Origin: Terriglobia bacterium
Lineage (GTDB): Bacteria > Acidobacteriota > Polarisedimenticolia > Polarisedimenticolales > JAIQFR01
Reading direction: 5' to 3'
Assembly (NCBI GenBank): GCA_963748015.1
Contig: CAVVHE010000005.1
Location: forward strand, 224,001 to 288,000
Length of the DNA: 64,000 nucleotides
The position numbers and the translations under genes were made by a program. Below, in pieces: positions 1 through 9,123 of this stretch. Under the pieces are notes generated by a model. The model had not been told where the DNA came from. It ran no database searches and saw only the letters and a list, made by a program, of their open reading frames with translations. Position 1 is the first letter of the stretch; the number at the start of each line of letters is the position of its first letter.

Positions 1-215
1 GGATGAACTACCAGGAAATCGCCCAACGCGGCTGGCCCATTGGGTCTGGCGCGGTGGAATCGGCTTGTCGGCAAAAGCAGTGTCGTTTCAAACGCTGCGG
101 CCAGTTCTGGACCAAAGCGGGATTGCGCAACCTCTGCGCTTTGGATGAAGCCCGGCGCAATCGCCACTGGGACGAACTTTGGGCGGCAAACTAAGGACAG
201 TGCCAAGATGCACCC
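1..215 (+). mobile_element. Right end of ISKra4/ISLre2-like insertion sequence
   Basis: Transposase tail followed immediately by GGACAGTGCCAAGATGCACCC (195-215), a plausible terminal inverted repeat; partner end is outside the window so it cannot be confirmed. Confidence 0.6.
3..194 (+). CDS. C-terminal fragment of ISKra4/ISLre2-type (Mutator-like DDE) transposase, truncated by window start
   Basis: Motif GWPIGSGAVESAC...RFKRCGQFW typical of the C-terminus of these transposases. Confidence 0.8.
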   Translation: MNYQEIAQRGWPIGSGAVESACRQKQCRFKRCGQFWTKAGLRNLCALDEARRNRHWDELWAAN

Positions 216-338
216 GCTGCGGGGAACTTGGGATTCGTGGACTTGACGCGGTTGGCCGCAAGCCTTTTCCTGAGCCTTGACTGCAAGTGCATGACATTCT
301 GTCATGTCGGGGTCCTCCGTTGGTGTGCTTCTCATAGG

Positions 339-1865
339 ATGACTGACTATCTTCAGGATAACAGGAACCAAAGCGGAATCGGGCGGAAATCTCTGAGGGG
401 GGGAGCCATATCCATCTTCGCACGCGGTTGCAACGTGGTGATTCAGGTAGGAACCACACTCTGCCTCGCCCGACTGCTTTCGCCGCATGATTACGGCTTG
501 GTGGCCATCGTCACAGCCTTGGTGGGGTTCGGTCCCATGCTCATTGACTTGGGTACTGCGGACGCCACAGTCCAAAAGGCCAGAATCAGTCAGGCGGAGG
601 TCAGCTGTCTATTCTGGCTGAACCTGCTGATCGGGGGGGGGCTAGCCGTCGTAGTGGCATGCTGCAGCCCGCTTATCGCCCGGTTCTATCGTGAGCCGGA
701 ATTGTTAAAGATAGCCTTGTTCTCCGCGCTGGTATTCCTGTTCTCCGCTTTGTCAATTCAGCATTACTCGCTGCTGCGAAGAGCAATGGAGTTCCAGAAG
801 ATAGCGGTCATCGACACCGCTTCAAACGTGGTCAGCAGTGTGGCCGCGATCACCATCGCCTTGATGGGGTGTGGCTATTGGGCACTGGTGGCCAAGCCGG
901 TGTTGCAGGCGCTCTTGGGCGGTGTGGGGGTCTGGTTGAATTGCAGTTGGCGCCCGGGACTTCCTGAAGTCAACTCGGGCGTGAAGGAATTGCTTAGGTT
1001 CGGGATGCATGTGACCGGTTTCACGATGACCGATTATGCAGGCCGATCGGCGGACCGGATCGCCTTGGGTTATCTTTTGGGCGCGAGCAGTCTCGGCTAT
1101 TACCAAAATGCCTTTCTGCTCTATGATAATCTGCTGAGCGTTCTCGTCAGTCCGTTGCACAGCGTGGCCGTGGCTTCGCTGACCAAGCTGCGTGACAATG
1201 TGGAAGATCTCAGAAGTTCGTGGGCTGGCGCACTTTCCGCCCTCGCGTTCTTCGCAATGCCAATGTTTGGCGTGCTCGCAGTTGCCTCCCAAGATGTCAT
1301 TACCCTACTGCTGGGGACGAAATGGGAGCCGGCTGGTCCACTCCTAAGCGTTTTCGCCGTGCGCGGGATTGCTCATGTTGTCGAGAGAACTTTGGGGTGG
1401 CTTCATGTCGCCGCGGGGCGGTCTGATCGCTGGATGAAATGGGGGTCGATGAGTGCGTTGGCGCAGTTGGTCGCTCTCTTCTGCGGCTTGCCGTTTGGCA
1501 TGATGGGCGTGTGTGTTGCGGGTGCCGTGGCAACCTTTCTTCTGTTCCTGCCGGCCCTTGGTTATGCTGGCCGCCCCCTCGGCATTGGGTATGCGCAGGT
1601 GCTGCGAGTTACCGGACGTCAACTGGTCGCAGCGATTCTCTCGGTAGGTTTGGGCTTCCTGGTACAGCACCTATGGCTGCTCGACTCTCCCAGAGGAGTG
1701 CGGTTGACGGTCTCCATCAGCTCGGTTTTAGGTGCCTACGTGCTGCTTGCCGTGGGTGTCCTCAGGGTGACTAAGCCGATCAGGTTGTCCCTGTCTCTCA
1801 TGCAGGAGTTCGGTCAGAATCTGGGCTCCCGCTTGGGATACAAGAGCATGAGGGCCTGCGAGTAG
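339..1865 (+). CDS. wzx: Polysaccharide/O-antigen flippase (Wzx, PST family)
   Basis: LARLLSPHDYGLVA motif, many hydrophobic segments, LLRFGMHVTG...ADRIALG...LGYY pattern; start moved to ATG 339 (MTDYLQ). Confidence 0.85.
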   Translation: MTDYLQDNRNQSGIGRKSLRGGAISIFARGCNVVIQVGTTLCLARLLSPHDYGLVAIVTALVGFGPMLIDLGTADATVQKARISQAEVSCLFWLNLLIGGGLAVVVACCSPLIARFYREPELLKIALFSALVFLFSALSIQHYSLLRRAMEFQKIAVIDTASNVVSSVAAITIALMGCGYWALVAKPVLQALLGGVGVWLNCSWRPGLPEVNSGVKELLRFGMHVTGFTMTDYAGRSADRIALGYLLGASSLGYYQNAFLLYDNLLSVLVSPLHSVAVASLTKLRDNVEDLRSSWAGALSALAFFAMPMFGVLAVASQDVITLLLGTKWEPAGPLLSVFAVRGIAHVVERTLGWLHVAAGRSDRWMKWGSMSALAQLVALFCGLPFGMMGVCVAGAVATFLLFLPALGYAGRPLGIGYAQVLRVTGRQLVAAILSVGLGFLVQHLWLLDSPRGVRLTVSISSVLGAYVLLAVGVLRVTKPIRLSLSLMQEFGQNLGSRLGYKSMRACE

Positions 1866-1909
1866 CATGGAATCATCAAAACCGCGCGCGATAGGAGATT
1901 CAAGCGAAT

Positions 1910-2359
1910 ATGAGCAAATTGGGAGGAATTCTTGTGCGTTTGGATGAAACGCCATTCGGGGAGGTCTACCGCGTGGTCCTAGGTTTCTCTATCCTCTCCC
2001 TGCATCGGTTAGTCGACCAGGATGGCCGATCGAGCTGGGTTCTATTCGTTTCATTCTTGGGTGTTCTTCTTGCATTGCGGCTTATACCGGCAGTCGTGCG
2101 GCACATTCTGCCATTTTCGGAACAGGTTCAACGTATCTGGTACGGGAGGCGCCAGTTGGCCAAGCGATACGATTCTTACCAGTGGCAGAAGCTGCTCTGG
2201 ATCGGTCTGGGGCTTGGGTGCTACATCGGCTTGTCGGGCCGATTAAGCGGTCCCCCGGTGGCGCTGGCCGCGATGTGCCTGGTCGCAGGCGGTGCTGGGC
2301 TTCTTTGTTGGCGGTGCACTTGTCGGGCGCAGAAGCCGTTGCCTCCTGCAAGCCGCTGA
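1910..2359 (+). CDS. Hypothetical membrane protein
   Basis: 149 aa, GGAG RBS upstream, about 4 hydrophobic segments, co-oriented in the polysaccharide cluster. Confidence 0.65.
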   Translation: MSKLGGILVRLDETPFGEVYRVVLGFSILSLHRLVDQDGRSSWVLFVSFLGVLLALRLIPAVVRHILPFSEQVQRIWYGRRQLAKRYDSYQWQKLLWIGLGLGCYIGLSGRLSGPPVALAAMCLVAGGAGLLCWRCTCRAQKPLPPASR

Positions 2360-2481
2360 TGACCGCCCCGTGTTCACTGGGCTAGCGACGATAGTCGCCT
2401 TCGTTGCGGTTGCAGGGCAATCCGCGTTTTCCCAGCGAATGATCCGATGATCCTGTCGAAAAGTGACACTGCACCTAATCC

Positions 2482-3941
2482 CAATGCCGTTTAGGAATTC
2501 AGGCATAGATTTCGCCGACGGAGTATTCGACGGGTCCGTTGCGATAGGTATTCTTGCGCAAGCGTGGCCAACTGCTGACCGGCTGGCGCACGCTCGCGGA
2601 CAGGATGGTTTCCGCCGTGGGGGAATGGCCGCCTCGGCAATGCGTCGCCAGGGCCCGGCGCACCACCCAGCGCACCTTGTCCGGTCCCAACAGATCCGCC
2701 GACACTTCGAGGAATTGCCACAGGCCTTGAACGACCTGCAGCGTCTTGAGAAAACTGATCCGCAGCACCCCCACGTCCCCGACGCCAGCCGCCCCCACCC
2801 GATAATCCACCAACACGGCATAGGCCAGGATCAGCGCGGCAATCTCCTGCATCGCCGTCAACGGCGTGTGGCTCTGCAAACACGGCGTCGAGCGCATGTC
2901 CACCTTCAGCTCCTTGTAAACAATCTCCTGCTCCCAGCGTCGGCCATACAACGCCAACAATTCCCCCGCCCGATGGCGCCGCCAGTCCAGCAGACTGGTC
3001 CACAGCCGCACCGTCGTAAAGGTCCGGCCCCCGCCCCGCTGCACCCGGCCCAGGATCTCCCGCACCACCCGCCGGTTCGGGCCCGAACGCATCTCCACCA
3101 ACGCACTGCCGTCGAGCAGAACCTCCAGCAAGCAACGCGTCAGATTGGCTTTGACCCGCACCAGAAAATGCCGCTCCCCCTCCGCCGTCAAATCAACCAA
3201 CAGCGCCGGCGAACCCGAGTAACGGTCGTTGATCAACAGACTCTTTTGCGGTTGCGCCGACAACACCTGCTTGGTCAGCACCATTTTCGATTCCCCCCGG
3301 CAGCCTACGGCCGCCGCCAGGGGATTGTGCAGCCCCAACTCCACCATCAACGCCACACCCACCTTGGGAAAGGCCGCCTGCCCGCGGCGACTGCGCGCCT
3401 TGCGCATCTGTTTCTTGACCTGCGGGGTATTGGCGATCGAAAACGTGCTCCCGTCGATCCCGCACAACCGCAGCCCGTGGTAAAACGCCTCCCCATGTCG
3501 CTTCGGATCGGCCTTGGGTTTGAGGGCGACGCCCATAATCGCTTCGAAGATTTCCCAAGGCAAAAGCGCCCGGCGTTGGGCCAGCGCCCCATCGGTGACG
3601 TCCTTACCGGTCAATTGCTTCACGTGTCGAGCCAGCGTACCGCCACCGGCCACGGCGTGGAAGACCAGACCGTGGATCAATTCGACGGCGCGGATGCGCG
3701 GAGGACAACGCCGACGCGGACCGCAGCGACGGAGCACGCTCCGGAGGTGGGAAGAAGGGATCAACTCTCGGAAAAGGCTCTTGAAGGTGGTAGCTGGGAC
3801 AACGGTTTTGTTTGGCATCCCCAGCTTAATGGGGTACTAGGCGAAAAAGTTCAAGTGTAAATATCTGATGATGAACACATTATGTTGTAGCCTTGGAGCA
3901 GCATCCCCTCAACATCTTGGGCCAATTCCTAAACGGCATTG
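2482..3941 (-). mobile_element. Complete IS4-family insertion sequence (1460 bp)
   Basis: Perfect 18-bp terminal inverted repeats CAATGCCGTTTAGGAATT (2482-2499) and AATTCCTAAACGGCATTG (3924-3941); 10-bp target duplication CACCTAATCC at 2472-2481 and 3942-3951. Confidence 0.95.
2499..3818 (-). CDS. IS4-family DDE transposase
   Basis: GIDGS, LINDRY and Y-x2-RW-x2-E-x3-KELK (YREK) motifs; short C-terminal stretch probably shifted by two compensating indels (RRIAEAAIPPRRKPSCPR lies in another frame). Confidence 0.9.
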   Translation of the reverse strand: MPNKTVVPATTFKSLFRELIPSSHLRSVLRRCGPRRRCPPRIRAVELIHGLVFHAVAGGGTLARHVKQLTGKDVTDGALAQRRALLPWEIFEAIMGVALKPKADPKRHGEAFYHGLRLCGIDGSTFSIANTPQVKKQMRKARSRRGQAAFPKVGVALMVELGLHNPLAAAVGCRGESKMVLTKQVLSAQPQKSLLINDRYSGSPALLVDLTAEGERHFLVRVKANLTRCLLEVLLDGSALVEMRSGPNRRVVREILGRVQRGGGRTFTTVRLWTSLLDWRRHRAGELLALYGRRWEQEIVYKELKVDMRSTPCLQSHTPLTAMQEIAALILAYAVLVDYRVGAAGVGDVGVLRISFLKTLQVVQGLWQFLEVSADLLGPDKVRWVVRRALATHCRGGHSPTAETILSASVRQPVSSWPRLRKNTYRNGPVEYSVGEIYA

Positions 3942-3952
3942 CACCTAATCCC

Positions 3953-5091
3953 ATGTCAGGTGTGCGTGAACCAGATCGAATGCCGCGCATATGCATGCCG
4001 AGTTGGCGTAGGTTTAAGAAATATGCCTTCCAAAGTGCAATCTACGAGGCTCAAGACGTGCTCGTGGAGACTGATCATGTCGATCTAGTATGCCCCGAAC
4101 CAGGTCCAGGTTTCCGACTGAAGGAGTCATTGCAGCGCAGGTTACTCTGGCGGGATCTCTCGGGGCAACTAGCCTTTGTTAACCCGGGATTGCGCCCGAT
4201 ACGACTTAAGCGCGATTACGATCTATTCATCGCCGTCTGTCAGAGTTGGTGGGACGTGCTGTATATCAACTCCATCAAGGGTTGGAAGGATCGCTGCCGA
4301 ACCAGTGTCTGCTGGTTTGACGAATTGTGGGCACACTGGATTCCGGATACCGATATTGGCTGCACGCCCTGAAACAGTTTGATTATGTCTTCCTGGCCTT
4401 CGGTGGTAGTGTGGAACCAGTCAGTCGAGAGATCGGACAGTGTTGCCATTGGCTGCCTAGCGGCATTGACACCCTGCGATTCAGCCCATATCCCAGCCCT
4501 CCGAAGCGGGTTGTGGACGTTTACAGCATTGGCAAGCGGTTCGAGGGAGTGCATCAGCGCCTGCTGGCTTTGGCCGAAGAGAGAGACTTTTTTTACCTGT
4601 ATGACACTTTTCCGGGAAGCATGGCGAATCCTCCAGATCACCGCCAGCACCGGGAGTTGATCGCCAACATTGCAAAGCGAAGCCACTTTTTTGGAGTCGG
4701 CCCTGCTAAAATGAGTGATCCAGTTGACAGTCGGGGTCAACTCGAGCCCGGATATCGCTACTTCGAGGGCGCTGCCGCAGGCGCCGTGATGATTGGGCAA
4801 GCACCGGATTCCGGATCGTTCCGGCACTTGTTTGGATGGCCAGATTCGGTGATCGAACTGCAGCCAGACGGTTCGAATGTTGCCCAGGTGTTGTCGATGC
4901 TGAAAGCACAACCGGAGCGAGTTGCCGAAATAGGTCGTCGCAACGCACGCGAAGCCCTTCTTCGCCACGACTGGGTGTATCGATGGAAACAGGTCCTTAG
5001 CCTGGCCGCTCTTGAGCCAACTCCCACCCTCCTCGCTCGGGAGGGGCGGCTCAAGCAGTTGGCCGAATGTGCGCAGTTCAGCGGACCCTGA
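3953..5091 (+). CDS. Glycosyltransferase-like protein (CgeB/YkvP-like), split by a frameshift near 4347
   Basis: ORFs 3893-4372 and 4327-5091 join (FDELWAHWIP / YRYWLHALKQFD); C-terminal RYFEGAAAGAVMIG and RHDWVYRW motifs of GT-B/CgeB-like proteins. Confidence 0.75.
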
Positions 5092-5127
5092 ATCGTCTGT
5101 AACCCTGGCCCTGCCTTTTGAAAATCA

Positions 5128-5973
5128 ATGGTTCCTGTGATCGACGCAGTGATGACACACAGTCCTAAATTGAGTGCCGGTGAGTGGGTTGAAGTCCGCA
5201 GCCGAGAGGAAATCCTCAGCACGCTTGACAAGAGCGGGCGACTCGATGGGCTACCCTTCATGCCTCAGATGTTTGAATACTGTGGGAAACGGTTCATGGT
5301 TTCTAAGCGAGCACATAAACTGTGTGACACCGTCAACGGCACGGGGGGACGAAGGATGAAGAGCGCCGTACTGCTCGATGGATTGCGCTGCGATGGGAAG
5401 GCTTTCGGCGATTGCGAGATGCAATGCCTTCTTTTCTGGAAGGAGTCGTGGCTGAAACGCGCAGATGCGAAAATGGACTCCGCAGCCGCACCAAGAACAG
5501 CGTCGTCTCCCAGAGCGACTGGAACTTCAAGCCTTAAGAAATGCACAGAAGCCGATGTCTGGGCTGCCACTCAATTGCCCAGTGACCTGACGGGTCTGAA
5601 CGAGCAGGTCCATGTCTGCCAGGCGACGCAGTTGCCGGGTGCCTCGGCGAAGCTTCCGATGTGGAGCCCCTGGCAGTACATCGAAGACGTGACGTCCGGA
5701 AACGTCACTCTGTCACAGACTCTGTGCTCGCTGTTGTTTGTCGCATATGCCGCCATTGCAGAATCCGGCCTTGGCTTTGGATGGGTACTTCGGTCGGGAT
5801 ATGATGTGTTTCAGAGACTTTGCGGTGGTACTCCCTACCCGGAGCGCCGTGGGTTGCTACCCAAGGTTCTCGAACCCCTGCGTTGGAACTCAACCTCAAG
5901 CCCGGTGATCTCGTCAGAATCAAGCCGCACCGGCAGATTCTGGAGACCGTGGACGAAGCCTTGATGAATCGAG
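5128..5973 (+). pseudogene. Cys-rich hypothetical protein with an internally duplicated domain; frameshifted near 5865 and truncated at ~5973
   Basis: Domain 1 LSAGEWVEVRSREEILSTLD...GLPF; a second copy LNLKPGDLVRIKPHRQILETVDEALMNR begins in another frame and stops at the composition break. Confidence 0.7.
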
Positions 5974-6072
5974 TGGTGCGGCAGCGGAAAGAAGTACAAG
6001 GCCTGCCACCAAGACGAGGACGACCACAAGCGCTCTTCGGCTCGCGCCGCGGCGTGCCGGGGCGCGACCTGA
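5974..6072 (+). pseudogene. 3' fragment of a SEC-C zinc-binding motif protein
   Basis: Translates WCGSGKKYKACHQDEDDHKRSSARAAACRGAT*; SEC-C consensus is (RNDP)C.CGSGKKYK.CH, and the first Cys and the start are missing. Confidence 0.8.
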
Positions 6073-6182
6073 GGTCGCTGATCGGGCCGCCGTGGGCGGC
6101 CCGGCAACCCTCGGAATCGAGCCTCCGGGCGACGCGAGGCTTCCAGCCGGTGCGCTGGATGGGCGAAGGGAAAGGTGACCCG

Positions 6183-6725
6183 ATGAGCGACAAGCTCTTC
6201 CACGGCGACCCGGCGAGGTTGAGATCTCCCGAGAGGATGGCCCTTCTGGAGGTGGACCGCGTCGTGGCCGTCAGCCTCGCCGACCTGGTGGTCAAGATCG
6301 TGCTCGACGTGGGGACGGGCACCGCCGTGTTCGCGGAGGCGTTCGCGAAACTGGGTCTCGACGTCACCGGCGTCGACTTGAGTCCGGAGATGACCGAGTC
6401 GGCCAGGCGCCACGTCCCGGCGGCTCGCTTCGAGGTCGGCGCCGCGGAGCGGCTGCCGTTCCCCGACCAGTCCTTCGACCTGGTCTTCCTCGGTCACGTG
6501 TTGCACGAGTCGGATGAGCCGGCCCGAGCGCTCGGAGAGGCGAAGAGAGTGGCCAGGCAGCGAATCGTCGTCCTCGAGTGGCCCTACCGCCAGGAGGAAT
6601 ACGGGCCTCCCGTGGAACACCGCCTGAAACCGGAGACGATCGAGACTCTCCTGCGGGAGCAGCGCCTCGAGCGGTTCGAGCGCGTCGCGCTCCGAAACAT
6701 GGAGCTCTACCGGATCGCGATCTGA
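6183..6725 (+). CDS. Class I SAM-dependent methyltransferase
   Basis: VLDVGTGTA motif I, GVDLS, LPFPDQSFDLV; start MSDKLFHG after AAAGG. Confidence 0.85.
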   Translation: MSDKLFHGDPARLRSPERMALLEVDRVVAVSLADLVVKIVLDVGTGTAVFAEAFAKLGLDVTGVDLSPEMTESARRHVPAARFEVGAAERLPFPDQSFDLVFLGHVLHESDEPARALGEAKRVARQRIVVLEWPYRQEEYGPPVEHRLKPETIETLLREQRLERFERVALRNMELYRIAI

Positions 6726-6786
6726 TCCGCGCGGCCGTCGCAGACCGGACGATGCCGGGCCGGCGGGAGGGGACCCCCGAGCCACT

Positions 6787-7977
6787 TCAGGACGAATGCC
6801 GATCCTCGAGCGCCTGCCGCAGATCCTCCACGAGGTCACGGACGTCCTCGATGCCCACGGAATACCGCACGAGACCGTCCGTGATGCCGGCGGACTCCCG
6901 TTCGCTCCTCGGGACTCCGGCATGGGTCATCGAGGCCGGATGCTCGATCAGCGACTCGACTCCTCCGAGGGACACCGCCAGAAGCGCGAGCTGGACCCGG
7001 TCCATGAGCCGCTTCCCGGCCTCGAACCCGCCGACCAGCTCGAAGCTGATGATGGCGCCGGGTCCGCTCATCTGCGCCCGCGCCAGGGCGTGCTGCGGAT
7101 GCGACGGGAGGCCGGGGTACCGGACCCACCGAACGTCGTCGCGCCGCTCGAGCCAACGCGCGATCTCGAGGGCGCTGGCCTGGGCCCGCTCGATGCGGAG
7201 CGACAGCGTCTTGATCCCGCGGTGCACCAGGAACGCCTGGTGCGGATCCATGTTGCAGCCGCCGAGGATCATCATCTCCCGCAGGCGCCGGAGGACAGCC
7301 TCCTCGCGCGCGATCAGCACCCCTCCCACGACGTCCGCATGGCCATTGATGAACTTCGTCACGGAGTGCAGGGCCACGTCGGCGCCCAGCAGGAGCGGCT
7401 TCTGGAGGAACGGAGAGGCGAAGGTGCTGTCTACGACGAGCATCGCGTCTCGCTCGTGGGCCAGGGCCGCGACGGCCTTGAGGTCGGTGATCTGCATCAG
7501 CGGGTTCGAAGGGGTCTCGACGTAGATCATCTTCGTTTCCGGCACGAGCGCGGACTTCACGAGGTCGAGGTCCGACGTGTCCACGTAGCTGGCCGAGACG
7601 CCGAATCTCGAGAGGTGCTTCTCCATCAGGGTCCGCGAGGGCCCGTAGACCGAAGCCGTACTGACGACGTGGTCGCCGCTCCCGAGGAGGGCGAGATAGA
7701 CGGTCGTGACCGCGGCCATGCCCGAGCTGGTCGCGACGGCACCCGCGCCTTCCTCGAGCTCGGCGACGCAGCTCTCGAGCGCCCGGATCGTCGGGTTCCC
7801 GAGCCTCGTATAGATGAACCCGTCCGAGCGGCCCGCGAAGCGATCCGCTCCGTCCTGCGCGCTGTCGAAGCGGAACGTCGACGTCTGGTAGATGGGCGTC
7901 ACCGCGCTCCCGAAAGCATCCTCGGAAGCACCGGCGTGCACCAGCTTCGAGCTGAATCCCAGTCGCTTCGTGTTCAT
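6787..7977 (-). CDS. PLP-dependent trans-sulfuration enzyme, most like methionine gamma-lyase
   Basis: PIYQTSTF, YTRLGNPT, SSGMAA, ETPSNP, HSVTKFINGH (PLP lysine), AVSLGGVESLIEHPASMTH. Confidence 0.9.
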   Translation of the reverse strand: MNTKRLGFSSKLVHAGASEDAFGSAVTPIYQTSTFRFDSAQDGADRFAGRSDGFIYTRLGNPTIRALESCVAELEEGAGAVATSSGMAAVTTVYLALLGSGDHVVSTASVYGPSRTLMEKHLSRFGVSASYVDTSDLDLVKSALVPETKMIYVETPSNPLMQITDLKAVAALAHERDAMLVVDSTFASPFLQKPLLLGADVALHSVTKFINGHADVVGGVLIAREEAVLRRLREMMILGGCNMDPHQAFLVHRGIKTLSLRIERAQASALEIARWLERRDDVRWVRYPGLPSHPQHALARAQMSGPGAIISFELVGGFEAGKRLMDRVQLALLAVSLGGVESLIEHPASMTHAGVPRSERESAGITDGLVRYSVGIEDVRDLVEDLRQALEDRHSS

Positions 7978-8117
7978 CGTCTCTTCCTCGCCGAATCGGC
8001 CGGTTTGCGGTGAAAGCGGCGCGAGTGAGTCCCTTGCCGATCGCGCCGATCGAGCGACAACCGACGGCGGAGCCGGGATCTCCGGCGGATACCCATCGAC
8101 CCCCTACCTCCGCCGAA

Positions 8118-8489
8118 CTACCGCTGGCCGTGGCCGTGGTGCGCGCAGGCCATGTCGGGCGACATCGCTTGCAGCGAGCCGGCCCTGAACGCGGCGACGG
8201 TCTCGTCGACGGTGGCGTGCTCGGATCGAAAGACACGGATGCCCGCGGCGCCGAGCTTCGCGAGCGCGCCCATCCCGATGCCGCCGACGACCATCCCGTC
8301 GATGCTCTCACCAGCGAGGGAAGCGAGCGGCGCGCACATGCCGTGGCTGTGGTGGGCGTTGCGGTTCGGGACCGCCCGGCAGGCGCCGCTGTCGGTGTCC
8401 ACGATCATGAACACGGGGGCCGAGCCGAAATGCGGACTCACCGGGCTCGCGGTTCCCTTGTCTTCGGTGACCGGAATGCAGATGTTCAT
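8118..8489 (-). CDS. NifB/NifX-family (FeMo-cofactor-type) cluster-binding protein
   Basis: SPHFGSAPVF, VVGGIGMGA motifs and His/Cys-rich tail; start MNICIP after AGGAG. Confidence 0.85.
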   Translation of the reverse strand: MNICIPVTEDKGTASPVSPHFGSAPVFMIVDTDSGACRAVPNRNAHHSHGMCAPLASLAGESIDGMVVGGIGMGALAKLGAAGIRVFRSEHATVDETVAAFRAGSLQAMSPDMACAHHGHGQR

Positions 8490-8568
8490 CTCGAGCTCTC
8501 CTTCGCTTGAACTTCCGTAAGCGCGCGGCCTGCGCGCGCCGGGAGGGTTTTCTTCCAACGGGCGGTGC

Positions 8569-8967
8569 TCAACGCGGCTTCCCCGCCGGAGGGGAGCCGG
8601 CGCGGCCTCGCCGCGGACAGGGGCCGCCGTCGCGGCCGCGCTTCTCCACGTCGTGCAGGCGGCAGCATCGATGCGCGTCGAGGTGAACGGGACCGCCCGC
8701 CATCCGGAGGGCTTTCCCGTGCACCAGGGCGTCCGCGACCTTGCGGTGCGCCGACTCGACGATCCGGCTGAACGTCGGCCTGGACACGCGCATCGTCTCG
8801 GCGGCCTGCTCCTGGTAGAGGCCCTCGAGGTCCGCGAGCCGGATCGCCTCGAACTCGTCGAGCGTCATGACGACTTCCTCGAGCTCGTCCACGGGGATGC
8901 GGATCGGCTTGAAGATCGAAACGGCCGGCCGGCCGGCAACCCGACGGGGGCAAAAGGGTCTCGGCAC
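8569..8967 (-). CDS. DUF134 family putative DNA-binding protein
   Basis: [32 protein letters not shown]...[17 protein letters not shown] start after GGAGG. Confidence 0.85.
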   Translation of the reverse strand: MPRPFCPRRVAGRPAVSIFKPIRIPVDELEEVVMTLDEFEAIRLADLEGLYQEQAAETMRVSRPTFSRIVESAHRKVADALVHGKALRMAGGPVHLDAHRCCRLHDVEKRGRDGGPCPRRGRAGSPPAGKPR

Positions 8968-8985
8968 CTCTCCACCTCCGTTCCT

Positions 8986-9007
8986 ATTATGGACATATGT
9001 TCTTAAT
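8986..9007. promoter_or_regulatory. Imperfect palindrome, candidate operator upstream of the DUF134 gene
   Basis: ATTATGGACATATGTTCTTAAT, an AT-rich dyad centred on CATATG in a GC-rich context. Confidence 0.55.
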
Positions 9008-9068
9008 GCGCAACCCCGGATCTCGGGACGGCCCGATCGAGCCACGACGTCCCTCTTTTCCCCGTGGC

Positions 9069-9097
9069 TTGACGTCGGCCGCGCGCCGCGGGATAAT
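9069..9097 (+). promoter_or_regulatory. Sigma70-like promoter
   Basis: TTGACG-17 nt-GATAAT, 27 nt upstream of ATG 9124. Confidence 0.6.
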
Positions 9098-9123
9098 CAT
9101 TCAAATCGTTCACGGGGCCGGAC

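Noticed and set aside
3893..3952. ORF start inside the IS4 end
   Set aside because: These codons derive from the IS terminus and the target duplication; the native start is ATG 3953
5820..6182. N-terminal extension of the 301-aa methyltransferase ORF
   Set aside because: Artefact of an open frame running across the junction; the methyltransferase begins at ATG 6183
7978..8117. SAM riboswitch upstream of methionine gamma-lyase
   Set aside because: No SAM-I core (AUC...GAG, GGCAACC, GUGC.AA) recognisable
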